In this document: in pieces, positions 38,337 through 49,165 of the stretch | Layout: the number at the start of each line of letters is the position of its first letter | Numbering within the stretch: the stretch's first letter is position 1 | Virus record (IMG/VR): IMGVR_UViG_3300025141_012032 | Source: an uncultured virus (IMG/VR IMGVR_UViG_3300025141_012032) | Lineage: Duplodnaviria > Heunggongvirae > Uroviricota > Caudoviricetes | Strand: one strand, 5' to 3' | DNA length: 64,000 nucleotides | Notes under the pieces: generated by a model | Database searches by the model: none | Seen by the model: the letters and a program-made list of their open reading frames with translations, nothing else | What the model was told of the DNA's origin: nothing | Program-made: the position numbers and the translations under genes

Positions 38337-41300
38337 ATGGCAGAATCAAAATTTTTAAGATTTCAGGATATGGATGGAGATCTTTTAGCAGATGCTTGTA
38401 AAGATCTTGTAGACGTAAAAGAAGAATTTCAGTGTCCACCATGTGTTGCGAACCCATATGCCTCTGTCCCAAGCTGGAAAGAACTCGATGAGAACGAGCC
38501 TTTTTTCAATGAAAGAAAGTGCAAATTTGAAGTTACTGTTGAGACTCCATACACCACTACTATGGATGACGAATATCTTGAATTAGATAGAGCAGGAGAA
38601 CTGACCGAGGAACTAGAAACAGAGGGTCTTAATAAAAGGTTTGATGAATTTTTAGATATCGCAGTCGAGTCACTCTTGGTGAATAATTCCAGAGAAGATA
38701 GCTTAAAGTCAAGAGAGACTGTTAAAAATTCAATTGAATATACTGATATATACTTGGATGCTCGACCCACTTCTAGACTAAAACTTTTGTATTCTGTAAG
38801 CTTTGAAACAATAGGCTCAATAGAAGAGGCCGACGATCTTGAAGAAGAGGAAGAATCAGAAGAATCAGAAGAGGAAGAAGAGGAAGAATCAGAAGATTCT
38901 CCGGAGGCTGTAACTTATATTGCAGATGAAATTAGAACAAAACTGAACAGAGTAAGAAGAGGTCTCAAACTTTACTCAAAGTACTTAAAAGTTCATCGCG
39001 CTGTGGAAGGCGGCAATATTCTCAAATTAAAAGACAATAGCGTATTTAATCTACAAAACTATGGAGACCTCGCCCGGCTTGGAAATTCAACATTAGGAAA
39101 ATTATTAACTGATTTAGATGACTTTCTAGCATCAAAAGATCTTAATATAGTGGCGGTTGGAACGACAGGTCTCTTTAAGCAAAAAGTAACAAGAATCGAA
39201 TTCAATTTTACTTCAAAATACAAACTTAAAAGACTCAGAGTATGGGCGGCCGGATGTGGAGAGCAACCATTTATATATGGACCAAAAAAGCTTAAACCTT
39301 TAAATGCCAAGGATTCTTGGAGAGACCCAACAGCTGTCGCTTATTTCGCTCAGCTAGATAAAATGAATGATAGCTTGACAGCCACAGAGCCAATGCCGTG
39401 GATTGAGTTTGTTTTAGAGTACACATACCCAGGTCTGTATAGTACATTCGGAGAAGAAAAAGAGACAGAGGCTCCAACAAGCAGTTGCATAGCTGCTCGC
39501 TTAGAAGAAGAGACAAAACAGCTTGGTCAAAATATTCTAGATTCTGCATTTAGTATTGGAGATGCGGTTGTATATGCCTTTAGAAAAAGTGGGTGTTTAA
39601 ATAACACTCAAGAATTAGAAGAATTGGAAATACAACTAGGGTTGAGATCGGCTCCCGACGCAGTTACTACAACTAATTCGACGAAACTGCGCAACGTTCT
39701 TGGAACAAAGGACGGCCGCCACACAATCAAACAAATGGCAACAGAGCAAGCTTTTGCTACTATGGAAGATGAAGATCAGATATTCATGTCACTTTGCGCA
39801 AAAATAGCAGATTTTGGTAAGATGAATACAAATCAGGGCGTGCGCTCCCTTGGATCTATTGATTTAGATATAATTTGGACCGAGGGCTTTGACAAGATTA
39901 AAAAATGCGGAATGTTTGATTTTGCAATCGAAGCAACTCATTGTTTAATGAAGGGGCTAACTCTTGAACAAGCCGGCGCCGCCATTCTAAAGGCGGCATT
40001 AAGAGCCATGAGTATAGATAATCTAAATGATTTCTTTTTAAGGGCCCTCCCGGCCGACCGACAACAAGAAGTCGCATCGTTGGCGAGAGCTAAATTAGAT
40101 TCCGGCGACATATTTAAGCCAGGAACAGAATTGTCGTCTCTTTCTGCCGATATTGAAAAGGCCGAAGGCTCCATGGCGATTATTACGAATCCATCATCCG
40201 AAGAGATACTTCACGAAAGAGAAAATAGCGTAGAAGGTCCAAATAATGCAATGATCCCTCAAAGAAACCCATCGGCACCTACGGGCCCCCCGAAGTCTGA
40301 TAGGACTATTGCGCAAACTGTAGATGGTTCATCTACGCAAGCAGAATTTTCAAATTTAATAGTAGTAGAGGCCTATATCTCCGCACTGATAGAAATTTAT
40401 AGAAATGATGTAATAGAAGCAATTGATCTGCTAAACCAATATCCGGGCGCCCAAATGATAGCTAATATTCTTGCTTTCACGGATTGCCCTCAAGCTCCTT
40501 TAATGAATCCGTCTATTCCTGATTTTATTAATAGTATACAACTTCCTATTTGTAGTGATATTGATGATTGGGTAATGCCCAGATTTCAAAATCCAGGTGC
40601 TTGGTTGCCGAAGATCAAAGATTATCCAAAAATATTTTTTGAACTTTTTAAACAAGCTCTTATACAGCTTATTATCGGGATTGTTACTAAATTAATTATG
40701 AAACTATGTGGCCTTATAAGTGGCTCCATTTGTCAAGCGCTGAAGACTGCAGGCTCGACGCTAGCATCTTTAGAAGATCTTGCATCTGGAACTGCTTCCT
40801 TTAAAAGTGCCATAAGAGAATCAATATGCGGAGAACTTGCCGACGAAGAGGAAATAGATGATACAATTGCTGATTTGTTTGAACAACTTGGCGCCGGCGG
40901 CGCCGCTCTATCCGATGAAGAATTGTTACAAAATTTTATATCAGATTTTTCATCAGCTGTAACTCAAACAGAATTTATGAATGCTTTTTTGGGTAATCCT
41001 TCTGATGAAATGTTAATAGCTATAGATAATTTGGTTGGATATGAATATGAAGAATTGAGAGAAGGCTTTCCAAATCGACAAGCAATCGCTAATTTCTTCG
41101 AGAATACTGGAAATTTAATACCGGTAGACGTAAGAGATGCAATGAGAGACGCGATAAACAATCCTCCGGAAGCAGATCTGCCAGCAAACCCTTCTCTTTG
41201 TGCAACTCCAGAACAACAAGCGGCTTTTTGTGATTTAAGAAATAGTCTGCTACAAGGCCGAGCATCCGAAAATCAAATCGGCGCCATGTGTGATTTGGCA

Positions 41301-44300
41301 ACAAAAGATTTGCAAGATAATTTGGAAGATTTACAAGACCTATTACAGGGAGGTCTGCCAAATTATATAAACAATAATATGCCGCCCTTAGTTTCGGCGC
41401 CTGGGTGTGATGATGGTTTAATACCATTTGAATCAGAAGAAGCACAACAGTTAGCCAGCACAATTAAAGACAACACGATTGAATCAATTAAGATGGCGTT
41501 TTTAGAGGATATGTTGGATAATGGTCCCGGCGCTCATAATTGGGGATTAATGAACATGATTTTGTCGGATACGAAGGGAAATCCTTTGTCAGCACACCAT
41601 AGATACTCTTCAAATAGGCCTAATTATGTAGATTATTATACAGATGATCCCGACTACGACGAAACCTTCGCGTCTTTATATAAACAAGAAGGCGCCTATC
41701 CTTATTCTGTGGCAATGTGGCTAGAAAAACAATTTGCCAATGGCACATTAGATACAATAAACGGTGGAACAGATGTGTCGGATTTACATAACTCTATTAA
41801 TTATAATTCTAACAATGAATATGGAGATAATTCTGGCGCCATATTAAGCTTCACCAACGCTGGGCTTACATCGGGATTATATGATAAGCCGGCTATTGAA
41901 CTATATAATCTTCCCGATCTCGGCTACAATACAACTGCGTTAATTAATTGGGATGGTCAAGCGATTCATTTCACGCGCCATGGCCGAAAATCAGAGCCGG
42001 ATCTGGCTCTTGAGTTTAGAGACAACGCAAAAGGCTTAAGAGCTTGGAAAGGATCCCCATATTCATATGGCTTTGATATAAAGCTATACTTTGGCGATCT
42101 AGAAAGAGGGCCCTCTGAATTCGTATCGGAAGAATATGCAAGCAGCGGGTACACAGTTCACAATGTTTTTAGCGACAATGTTAGGATAATGATTAACGAA
42201 AGATTCAATCCAGCGGCCTATTATGATTCCCCTATAGCTGCTGTTCTCCCTGCAAAAAGTCACATAGAACCTAATTTCCCCGGTACCGGCACCGAGGAAA
42301 GACAATTTGAATTTTTTGTAGAAGAAGACACGTTTACAAATGTAGATGTCACCAATTATGCTACTTTTATGAATTGTTTTGTAGAACAATCAGAATATAG
42401 TCCGCAAGTTGTTTTATTATATGATTTACTTGGAGGAGAGGTTGAAAGATCAAGTATTAAAATCGTTCATGATCAATTCATGTCTAATGCGGCTAAGAGT
42501 TTTGCTACTTCTATAGCCACTAATGGAGAGATGGCCTTTAGATATGGCATGAAGATGGATACTCTTACTAGAGAAGATACCGAGTATGTTTTAGGTTTTG
42601 GGTATGATGATGCCGGCGAAATATATGGAGATGCAGAAATCGAAGCAACAGATGAGGATGGCAATATAATAACTCGTAAAATTGTTAATGATGATATGAT
42701 TTTAGGAATTAGTAAAATGCAATATGAGGTCGAGTCCGGCCAGCGAGACGATGAAAATAGAGTTTTTTATCTTGATCCTGCAACTTATGGCGTGTCGTAT
42801 ATGAGCCCTAAGATATATATTAAACCCGTCGAGAGCACTGGCTGGGTTGGAATATTGGATGCATTCTTCCCAGAATTAACAGAGTGCAAAGATAAGACTG
42901 GTGCTGATATTATAAATTTTTCTGAGGTTGAGCAAATTATTGGCGCTCGAAGAAGTAAAATTCCAGTTGATGAAAGGCTCAAAGCCGGAAGTAGCGAATG
43001 TGTTGTTGAAAAACCATATAACAGAATTTTAACTAGAGATTCTGCTGTGGCTATTGAAGGGATTATGGTATCTACAATTAGAATATTTGTAGCCACACAC
43101 TTTATAAAATCATTAGCTACGTTTTTAACCTTTAAGCCAGATTTTACAAATGTATTTTCTGATTTATATGCATCATATATTGTAGAGAATATGGAGCTTG
43201 TCCTCAGAGGAGGTACTGATGAACATGAAGATGGTTCAATGGGATTTAGCGATGGAGAATTTTGGTTTGCATTCTTAGAACAAGCCGTACAGAGTTATGG
43301 CAGAAGAGTTGACGATGGTGATATACCTGATCCTTCTGCGGCTGCTTTAGCGGCATGCACAGCCATCAACGACATGCAAGAGTCATATGCTTATCCCACT
43401 CGACAAGACTTGAAAAATGCTAAAGAGCTTCATGAAGTAAAGGCCTTTAAAACATTAAAAAACTATAGAGAGGAGAAAAATCTTAATCAAGTTTTCTATA
43501 CAAGGAAAGAGGCAAAAATAATTTTAAAAGAATTGGTTGTTGAACAGATAGAGACATTAGTACCAAATATATTAAAAGCTTTAAAAACCACTCTTGATGT
43601 TTCGCCTGCCGTTGAAGACATGAGTTATCATATCTTAGAAAATTATGTGCAAGGTAGCTCTTTAGTATTAAATGAAGATACTTTTGTTGAAACTAGCACA
43701 GATCTTCCAACAGAGGAGGTCACCCAACAATATACTTATGGAGGAGAACTCAGCGTTTATGTGGTCAACGAAGAAGACTCAGAATTTATTAAAGGCGAGG
43801 AATATGTTGGATATTATCATACCCACATCGATGATAACGGGGATCTATTTTATATGGCCGGCCCAGAACATGTTCCCGATGCTCATAACATATTAAAACC
43901 ATTTTCCACCAAAATCGTAGTCCCGATCGGCGAAGTGGAAGATTATGGTGGAGTTTTTGATTTGTCAAATACCGAGCAGCCATTTATACTTGAAAAGTAT
44001 ATCAGTATTAATGGTCAAAAATATAGTTCATCTCAAGCTGTGTCGATGATAGGGGCCAATGAAAATAAAGATCTTAATCTTGCAGATGTTTATCCTGGAG
44101 ATTTAGAATTAATATTAGATGATCAAGAAAACCCGATTGGCATTACTGGAAATATTGGAGTTCGCTATGGCTTGCAGCTTTCAATAGCCATTGAAGGTCA
44201 AAGAGCCGCAATAACGGAAGTAGAAATAGATGCTCTAGACTTTCCATTATCTAATTTTGAACCATTTCAAAATAACAGCAAGCTGTTATTGTGCTTGATT

Positions 44301-44852
44301 AATCTACTCAAACAGGACGATAAATTTAAATTAGTTTGCGAATATGTGTTTCCGATGAAAAAAATAGTATCTGCTATGGCTATTTACAATGATATGGGAT
44401 TTTTGCCATCAATTGGGGAAGTTACGGTCGATGACGGAGCTTTAGATTTACCTTCTATTGCGTCCAGGCCTGGCATGCGCGCAGAAGGCCTCTCTCCTAC
44501 AGATCCGGCACAAACACTCACTGAAGGATACACGCCCGGCTGGGCCAGTGTTCACGATCGTAATCCGGGATTTTGGAGCGGCTGGTTTGTTAGAGAATAT
44601 GATAATTGGGAACAGGTATTATTAAAGAGAACCAAGAAAAGAATAAAAAGATTGTTCAGAAGAAATTATAATTACGTAAATCTTAAACTTGGAGAATTTC
44701 CAGAGTTGCCCAAACCGGGCCGGATATTAGCCAATAATCTTAGGAATAGTTTAAGACCGGCTACTGGTGAAAAATTGCTTCCTTGGTGGAAAAGGCGAAA
44801 ATTAAGACCAGATCCATATGATTCAGAAGGAAATAAATGTGAAAGAGAATAG
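38337..44852 (+). CDS. Large acidic virion structural protein (2171 aa)
   Basis: Uninterrupted ORF in the tail module, contains YVGYYH.H...MAG..H. Confidence 0.75.
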   Translation: MAESKFLRFQDMDGDLLADACKDLVDVKEEFQCPPCVANPYASVPSWKELDENEPFFNERKCKFEVTVETPYTTTMDDEYLELDRAGELTEELETEGLNKRFDEFLDIAVESLLVNNSREDSLKSRETVKNSIEYTDIYLDARPTSRLKLLYSVSFETIGSIEEADDLEEEEESEESEEEEEEESEDSPEAVTYIADEIRTKLNRVRRGLKLYSKYLKVHRAVEGGNILKLKDNSVFNLQNYGDLARLGNSTLGKLLTDLDDFLASKDLNIVAVGTTGLFKQKVTRIEFNFTSKYKLKRLRVWAAGCGEQPFIYGPKKLKPLNAKDSWRDPTAVAYFAQLDKMNDSLTATEPMPWIEFVLEYTYPGLYSTFGEEKETEAPTSSCIAARLEEETKQLGQNILDSAFSIGDAVVYAFRKSGCLNNTQELEELEIQLGLRSAPDAVTTTNSTKLRNVLGTKDGRHTIKQMATEQAFATMEDEDQIFMSLCAKIADFGKMNTNQGVRSLGSIDLDIIWTEGFDKIKKCGMFDFAIEATHCLMKGLTLEQAGAAILKAALRAMSIDNLNDFFLRALPADRQQEVASLARAKLDSGDIFKPGTELSSLSADIEKAEGSMAIITNPSSEEILHERENSVEGPNNAMIPQRNPSAPTGPPKSDRTIAQTVDGSSTQAEFSNLIVVEAYISALIEIYRNDVIEAIDLLNQYPGAQMIANILAFTDCPQAPLMNPSIPDFINSIQLPICSDIDDWVMPRFQNPGAWLPKIKDYPKIFFELFKQALIQLIIGIVTKLIMKLCGLISGSICQALKTAGSTLASLEDLASGTASFKSAIRESICGELADEEEIDDTIADLFEQLGAGGAALSDEELLQNFISDFSSAVTQTEFMNAFLGNPSDEMLIAIDNLVGYEYEELREGFPNRQAIANFFENTGNLIPVDVRDAMRDAINNPPEADLPANPSLCATPEQQAAFCDLRNSLLQGRASENQIGAMCDLATKDLQDNLEDLQDLLQGGLPNYINNNMPPLVSAPGCDDGLIPFESEEAQQLASTIKDNTIESIKMAFLEDMLDNGPGAHNWGLMNMILSDTKGNPLSAHHRYSSNRPNYVDYYTDDPDYDETFASLYKQEGAYPYSVAMWLEKQFANGTLDTINGGTDVSDLHNSINYNSNNEYGDNSGAILSFTNAGLTSGLYDKPAIELYNLPDLGYNTTALINWDGQAIHFTRHGRKSEPDLALEFRDNAKGLRAWKGSPYSYGFDIKLYFGDLERGPSEFVSEEYASSGYTVHNVFSDNVRIMINERFNPAAYYDSPIAAVLPAKSHIEPNFPGTGTEERQFEFFVEEDTFTNVDVTNYATFMNCFVEQSEYSPQVVLLYDLLGGEVERSSIKIVHDQFMSNAAKSFATSIATNGEMAFRYGMKMDTLTREDTEYVLGFGYDDAGEIYGDAEIEATDEDGNIITRKIVNDDMILGISKMQYEVESGQRDDENRVFYLDPATYGVSYMSPKIYIKPVESTGWVGILDAFFPELTECKDKTGADIINFSEVEQIIGARRSKIPVDERLKAGSSECVVEKPYNRILTRDSAVAIEGIMVSTIRIFVATHFIKSLATFLTFKPDFTNVFSDLYASYIVENMELVLRGGTDEHEDGSMGFSDGEFWFAFLEQAVQSYGRRVDDGDIPDPSAAALAACTAINDMQESYAYPTRQDLKNAKELHEVKAFKTLKNYREEKNLNQVFYTRKEAKIILKELVVEQIETLVPNILKALKTTLDVSPAVEDMSYHILENYVQGSSLVLNEDTFVETSTDLPTEEVTQQYTYGGELSVYVVNEEDSEFIKGEEYVGYYHTHIDDNGDLFYMAGPEHVPDAHNILKPFSTKIVVPIGEVEDYGGVFDLSNTEQPFILEKYISINGQKYSSSQAVSMIGANENKDLNLADVYPGDLELILDDQENPIGITGNIGVRYGLQLSIAIEGQRAAITEVEIDALDFPLSNFEPFQNNSKLLLCLINLLKQDDKFKLVCEYVFPMKKIVSAMAIYNDMGFLPSIGEVTVDDGALDLPSIASRPGMRAEGLSPTDPAQTLTEGYTPGWASVHDRNPGFWSGWFVREYDNWEQVLLKRTKKRIKRLFRRNYNYVNLKLGEFPELPKPGRILANNLRNSLRPATGEKLLPWWKRRKLRPDPYDSEGNKCERE
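38841..38897 (+). repeat. Low-complexity GAA/GAG/TCA repeat encoding EEEEESEESEEEEEEESED
   Basis: gaagaagaggaagaatcagaagaatcagaagaggaagaagaggaagaatcagaagat. Confidence 0.85.
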
Positions 44853-44870
44853 TTATATAGAGGTGTCGAC

Positions 44871-45239
44871 ATGTCTTCTTTAAGTATAGCCCTTCCATTA
44901 CGCCGTAGCTCAATTGATGGATTTCAAATGAACAAAGATTTTAGAAGCCTCATTAGGCAAAATTTAAAAATGTTAATTTTAACAAATCCCGGTGAGCGAG
45001 TAATGTCTCCAGAGTATGGTGTTGGGATTAAGAGATTTTTATTTGAACAGGAGGGCACACAAACTCTCTTGAGGATAGACCAAAAAATGAGATCATCTAT
45101 AAAAAAATATATGCCTACTATTGGCATTATAGATATTCTCTATGATAGCGCTAATATAGAGAGAAATAGTTTAGGGATTAGAGTGTTATATAAAATACCA
45201 TCTCTTAACTCTTCCGAATCATTGGAAATTACTATTTAG
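44871..45239 (+). CDS. Baseplate wedge / sheath initiator (T4 gp25 / GPW-like)
   Basis: QNLKMLILTNPGERVMSPEYGVGI..FLFE. Confidence 0.92.
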   Translation: MSSLSIALPLRRSSIDGFQMNKDFRSLIRQNLKMLILTNPGERVMSPEYGVGIKRFLFEQEGTQTLLRIDQKMRSSIKKYMPTIGIIDILYDSANIERNSLGIRVLYKIPSLNSSESLEITI

Positions 45240-45254
45240 AAGTGAGGTTTTTTA

Positions 45255-47051
45255 ATGGCTGACGAACAAAATAAAATGATTCCTATAAATTATACTAATA
45301 GGGATTTTGCTAGCATCCGTGATGATTTGATGCAGATAGCTGAAAGGTTGTACCCTGATTCATTTCAAGATTTTAGCGAGGGCTCTTTTGGCTCTATGAT
45401 GCTTGATGCGGTCGCATATGTTGGAGATCAACTATCGTTTTACCTTGATTATAACGTTAACGAAACATTTTTAGATACAGCGTATCAGACGAATAATATA
45501 ATCAGACATGGGAGAATTTTAGGATATAAAAACACCGGCGCCGCATCGACTTATGGCCAAGCTGCTTTTTTCGTCCTTGTTCCGGCGTCAAGCGCTGGTT
45601 TAGGGCCCGCTTCTATGTATTACCCAGTTTTAAAAAGAGGATCTACCTTTTCTGCTGACAATGGAAACAAATATGTTTTGACAGAAAATATTGATTTTTC
45701 CGATCCATCTTTGCCCATGGTGGTCGCTAGAGTAAACAATGTTACGGGCGCCCCAACATATTATGCCATAAAGGCTTATGGTTCGGTAGTATCTGGTCAA
45801 TTTTCTGTACAACAAGTTGCTATTGGCCCATTTGAGAGATTTAAAAAGGTAACTCTTAGAGGACAAAACATCGCTGAAATAATCTCAATTGTAGATTCTG
45901 AAGGTAATGAATACTTTGAAGTGGATTATCTTTCGCAAGATATGATTTTTAGGGAGCTTCCAAATAACAATTATATGAATGACAATGTTCCGTCTATATT
46001 AAAACCGGTGTTGGTTTCAAGAAAGTTTACAACATCACATGGACGAAATCAACTCACCATACAATTTGGAAGCGGAGACGCAACTGAATCAGATGTAATA
46101 GCGGATCCTTCGTCAGTTGCGGCCGATTTGTTTGGAAAAAAATACATTTCCGATCTTACTTTTGACCCAACTAGGCTATCAAAAAATATAAGCTACGGAA
46201 TTGTTCCCCAAAATACAACATTGACGATAATATATAGAGCAAATAATGCATCTTCTTCCAATGTAGCAACCGCTGGGTTAAACAAAGTGGTTAATCCTAT
46301 CATGGCCTTTAGAAACGAACAAAAACTAGCGTCGTCAGAAATCACCTCTATTAGGGCGTCCTTAGAAGTAATTAACGAAACTCCTATAATCGGAAAAACA
46401 ACAAGCGCATCACCATCGGATCTAAAAAGAAGAATATACGACACTTATCCCTCGCAGAATAGAGCAGTAACACAATCAGACTACGAGAGTCTCGTTTATC
46501 GTATGCCGGCAAAATATGGCTCGATTAAGAGATGTTCAATGCAGAGAGATCCGGACTCACTAAAAAGAAATCTCAATTTATATGTAATTTCTGACGATAA
46601 GTTTGGTAAGCTTACAAAAACTAATCAGACTATTAAAAATAATTTGAAAAACTGGTTAGATAATTATAGAATGATGAACGATACCATTGATATTTTAGAT
46701 CCATATGTAATCAATATCGGAATTAATTTTATAGTTAGACCATCGATAGGGGTAGATAAGTTTGAACTTTTGGCGGCCGCCACAGCAAAATTACAAGAAA
46801 GATACGTCGGTGGATTTTTTATTGGCGAATCAGTAAACATTAGTGAAATGTATAGCATATTGTCTAGTGTCACTGGAGTGCTTGATGTTATTTCAATAAA
46901 GCTTTCCGTCAAGCAAGGTTCCGATTATGGAGGCGCCTATTTGGATGTCGAAAGGAACTTGTCTCCGGACGGAGGAGCACTCACAACGCCCTTAAATGCG
47001 ATTGTACAAGTTAAATTTCCAGAAGTGGATATACGAGGAACAGTTCGGTAA
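45255..47051 (+). CDS. Baseplate wedge protein (T4 gp6 / baseplate J-like)
   Basis: YTNRDFASI...DFSEGS...AYVGDQLSFY.D...NE.FL.TA, IQFGSG, QNRAVT..DY. Confidence 0.9.
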   Translation: MADEQNKMIPINYTNRDFASIRDDLMQIAERLYPDSFQDFSEGSFGSMMLDAVAYVGDQLSFYLDYNVNETFLDTAYQTNNIIRHGRILGYKNTGAASTYGQAAFFVLVPASSAGLGPASMYYPVLKRGSTFSADNGNKYVLTENIDFSDPSLPMVVARVNNVTGAPTYYAIKAYGSVVSGQFSVQQVAIGPFERFKKVTLRGQNIAEIISIVDSEGNEYFEVDYLSQDMIFRELPNNNYMNDNVPSILKPVLVSRKFTTSHGRNQLTIQFGSGDATESDVIADPSSVAADLFGKKYISDLTFDPTRLSKNISYGIVPQNTTLTIIYRANNASSSNVATAGLNKVVNPIMAFRNEQKLASSEITSIRASLEVINETPIIGKTTSASPSDLKRRIYDTYPSQNRAVTQSDYESLVYRMPAKYGSIKRCSMQRDPDSLKRNLNLYVISDDKFGKLTKTNQTIKNNLKNWLDNYRMMNDTIDILDPYVINIGINFIVRPSIGVDKFELLAAATAKLQERYVGGFFIGESVNISEMYSILSSVTGVLDVISIKLSVKQGSDYGGAYLDVERNLSPDGGALTTPLNAIVQVKFPEVDIRGTVR

Positions 47052-49165
47052 TGACTTTAAAGAGATACACTGCAAGTGCAGACACAACGATTGCAAATGC
47101 TTATCGTCCGGACTTGTCTATAAGAGGCACAGGTTCAAATATGGGAGCGTCTGACGTTCTAGATGTATTTTCAATTTATGGAAGATACTCAACTAGTTCT
47201 GCTGAACTATCACGTGTTTTGGTTAAATTTCCAATAACAGATATCTCCACCGATCGAACAAATGATGTAATTCCAGCAAGCGGAAGCGTGAATTTTTACT
47301 TACGATTATTTAATGCTTCTCACTCGCGCGCAGTTCCTAAAGATGCAAAGTATGCATTTCAGATGGTTTCTCAATCCTGGGAAGAGGGCGTTGGTCTTGA
47401 TATGGAAGGCTACACAGATTTAACGCTTGGAAACGAAGGCTGCAATTGGATGACGGCCTCTAGTGGTGGCAATACTGGTGCTCAAGCGACTCTTACGGCA
47501 TTAAGCAAAACTGGTGGTGATGCTAGCACAAGAGTATTAACTATTTTGGATGCTAGCAACAATTCGGTTTCTTTTACTATAGACAATAGTATTAGTACCT
47601 CCACTGCTACAAAAATAGCTTTCGGAAATGCCAATTCAGACGCAACGCAATTCGCTACAAATATTGCCGCCGCAATAAATGCGGCCAACGATGCCGATAC
47701 ATTAAATATTACTGCTACTTCATCTGATGCTGTTGTAACTTTAACAATGGACTATGCAACTTTAGATCAGCAAAGCACCAACATTGCTGGTACAGCAATT
47801 ACTGATAGTGTAATAACCGCAACCAGCCAATGGGGCGCCGCATCAGTTAGCTATTGGACAGATATCGCCGGCACACTTTTAGCGGGTGGCTCGTATCACA
47901 CGTATTCTGGCGGCTCTAATAAGCAAGTTGATACGCCAATTTACATGTTTTATCAAACACTTGCAGATGGCACAGAAGATATAGAGGTCAATATTACTCC
48001 ATGGGTTGAGCAATGGATTGCTGGCACATATTCTAATTATGGAATTGGTGTTATGCTTACGGCTAGCCAGGAAGCTTCTGGCGCCATAGATCATTTAGCA
48101 GGTAGAGTATCAGGCCGCGGCGACGACGCCGGTCTTATTCAAAATCCAAGTGGCTCTACAACTTCGTATTATATTAAGAGGCTTTTTGGAAGAAAGAGTC
48201 AATATTTCTTTAAGCGTCCTTATATTGAGGCGCGCTGGGAAGATGTTCTTAGAGATGATCGTGGAGATTTTTACTATAGTAGCTCAGTTGCATCTCCGGC
48301 AGATAATTTAAATACAATCTATTTTTATAATTATGTTCGCGGCCAATTAAAAGATATTGCAGGAATTGAAAAGACTGGCTCCATTATGGTTAGTCTATTT
48401 TCGGGAAATGTTGATGATACTGGTCCCACCGGTTCTAGCGGTATGCTTATGATGAATAGCCAGTCTACTCCTGGCTCAACTAACGGCAGACAGCCAACTA
48501 GAGCACCCGCACTGCTGGATTATTTTGTTACAGGCGGCTGGGTAGCAACTGGAATATACTCAGCTTCTCTGGCCATTACTGCATCTGAGTTAGTCACAGG
48601 CTTTGATCCAATATTGACTTTATACGATGTTTGGTCCAGCGGCACACTTGCGGATGGAACAGATCCAAGCAAGTATGGGCACTTAAAAAGAAGATTTCAT
48701 ACCGGCTCTATCAAGCCTAAGCTTCAAGATAGCATGAATGTTATCGGCAAGACCCGGCATGTTTTAAGTATTACTAATTTGCGTAACAATTATAAGGCAG
48801 ATGAAACGGTAAGATTTAACGTATTTGTAAGAGACAGAAACTGGAGTCCGAATATCTACACAAAAGCGACCACAAACATACCCACAAAAACAATTCATAG
48901 TGCGGCTTATAGAGTTTATAGAACGATAGATTCTTTAAAGGCAGTTCCATATGGCACTGGCGGCTATGATGGGCACTATGGGAATGAACATCAAGCCACA
49001 GCGCTATCATATGATGTGTCCGGAAATTATTTTGATTTTGACATGAATCTGTTGGAGGCTGGTTATGAGTATGCTCTCAAGTTTGCTTTTTATGATAATT
49101 CATTATCAACTTGGGTAGAACAGGATCAAACGTTCAAGTTTCGAGTAGAAGATTATGAGCATTAA
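47051..49165 (+). CDS. Virion structural protein (DNRLRE-like beta-sandwich) with inserted ~118-aa module
   Basis: SRVLVKF...LRLFN...SWEEG.G...NW, then module and PYIEARWED. Ser/Thr/Gly rich. Confidence 0.65.
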   Translation: MTLKRYTASADTTIANAYRPDLSIRGTGSNMGASDVLDVFSIYGRYSTSSAELSRVLVKFPITDISTDRTNDVIPASGSVNFYLRLFNASHSRAVPKDAKYAFQMVSQSWEEGVGLDMEGYTDLTLGNEGCNWMTASSGGNTGAQATLTALSKTGGDASTRVLTILDASNNSVSFTIDNSISTSTATKIAFGNANSDATQFATNIAAAINAANDADTLNITATSSDAVVTLTMDYATLDQQSTNIAGTAITDSVITATSQWGAASVSYWTDIAGTLLAGGSYHTYSGGSNKQVDTPIYMFYQTLADGTEDIEVNITPWVEQWIAGTYSNYGIGVMLTASQEASGAIDHLAGRVSGRGDDAGLIQNPSGSTTSYYIKRLFGRKSQYFFKRPYIEARWEDVLRDDRGDFYYSSSVASPADNLNTIYFYNYVRGQLKDIAGIEKTGSIMVSLFSGNVDDTGPTGSSGMLMMNSQSTPGSTNGRQPTRAPALLDYFVTGGWVATGIYSASLAITASELVTGFDPILTLYDVWSSGTLADGTDPSKYGHLKRRFHTGSIKPKLQDSMNVIGKTRHVLSITNLRNNYKADETVRFNVFVRDRNWSPNIYTKATTNIPTKTIHSAAYRVYRTIDSLKAVPYGTGGYDGHYGNEHQATALSYDVSGNYFDFDMNLLEAGYEYALKFAFYDNSLSTWVEQDQTFKFRVEDYEH

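Noticed and set aside
38841..38897. Functional repeat array or contingency locus
   Set aside because: In-frame Glu/Ser low-complexity linker, consistent with simple slippage.
44871..47051. T6SS or extracellular contractile injection system
   Set aside because: The gp25/gp6-like genes sit with TK, PhoH, exonuclease and a late sigma. No Tss membrane complex or Afp-type ATPase is seen, so a phage is more parsimonious.
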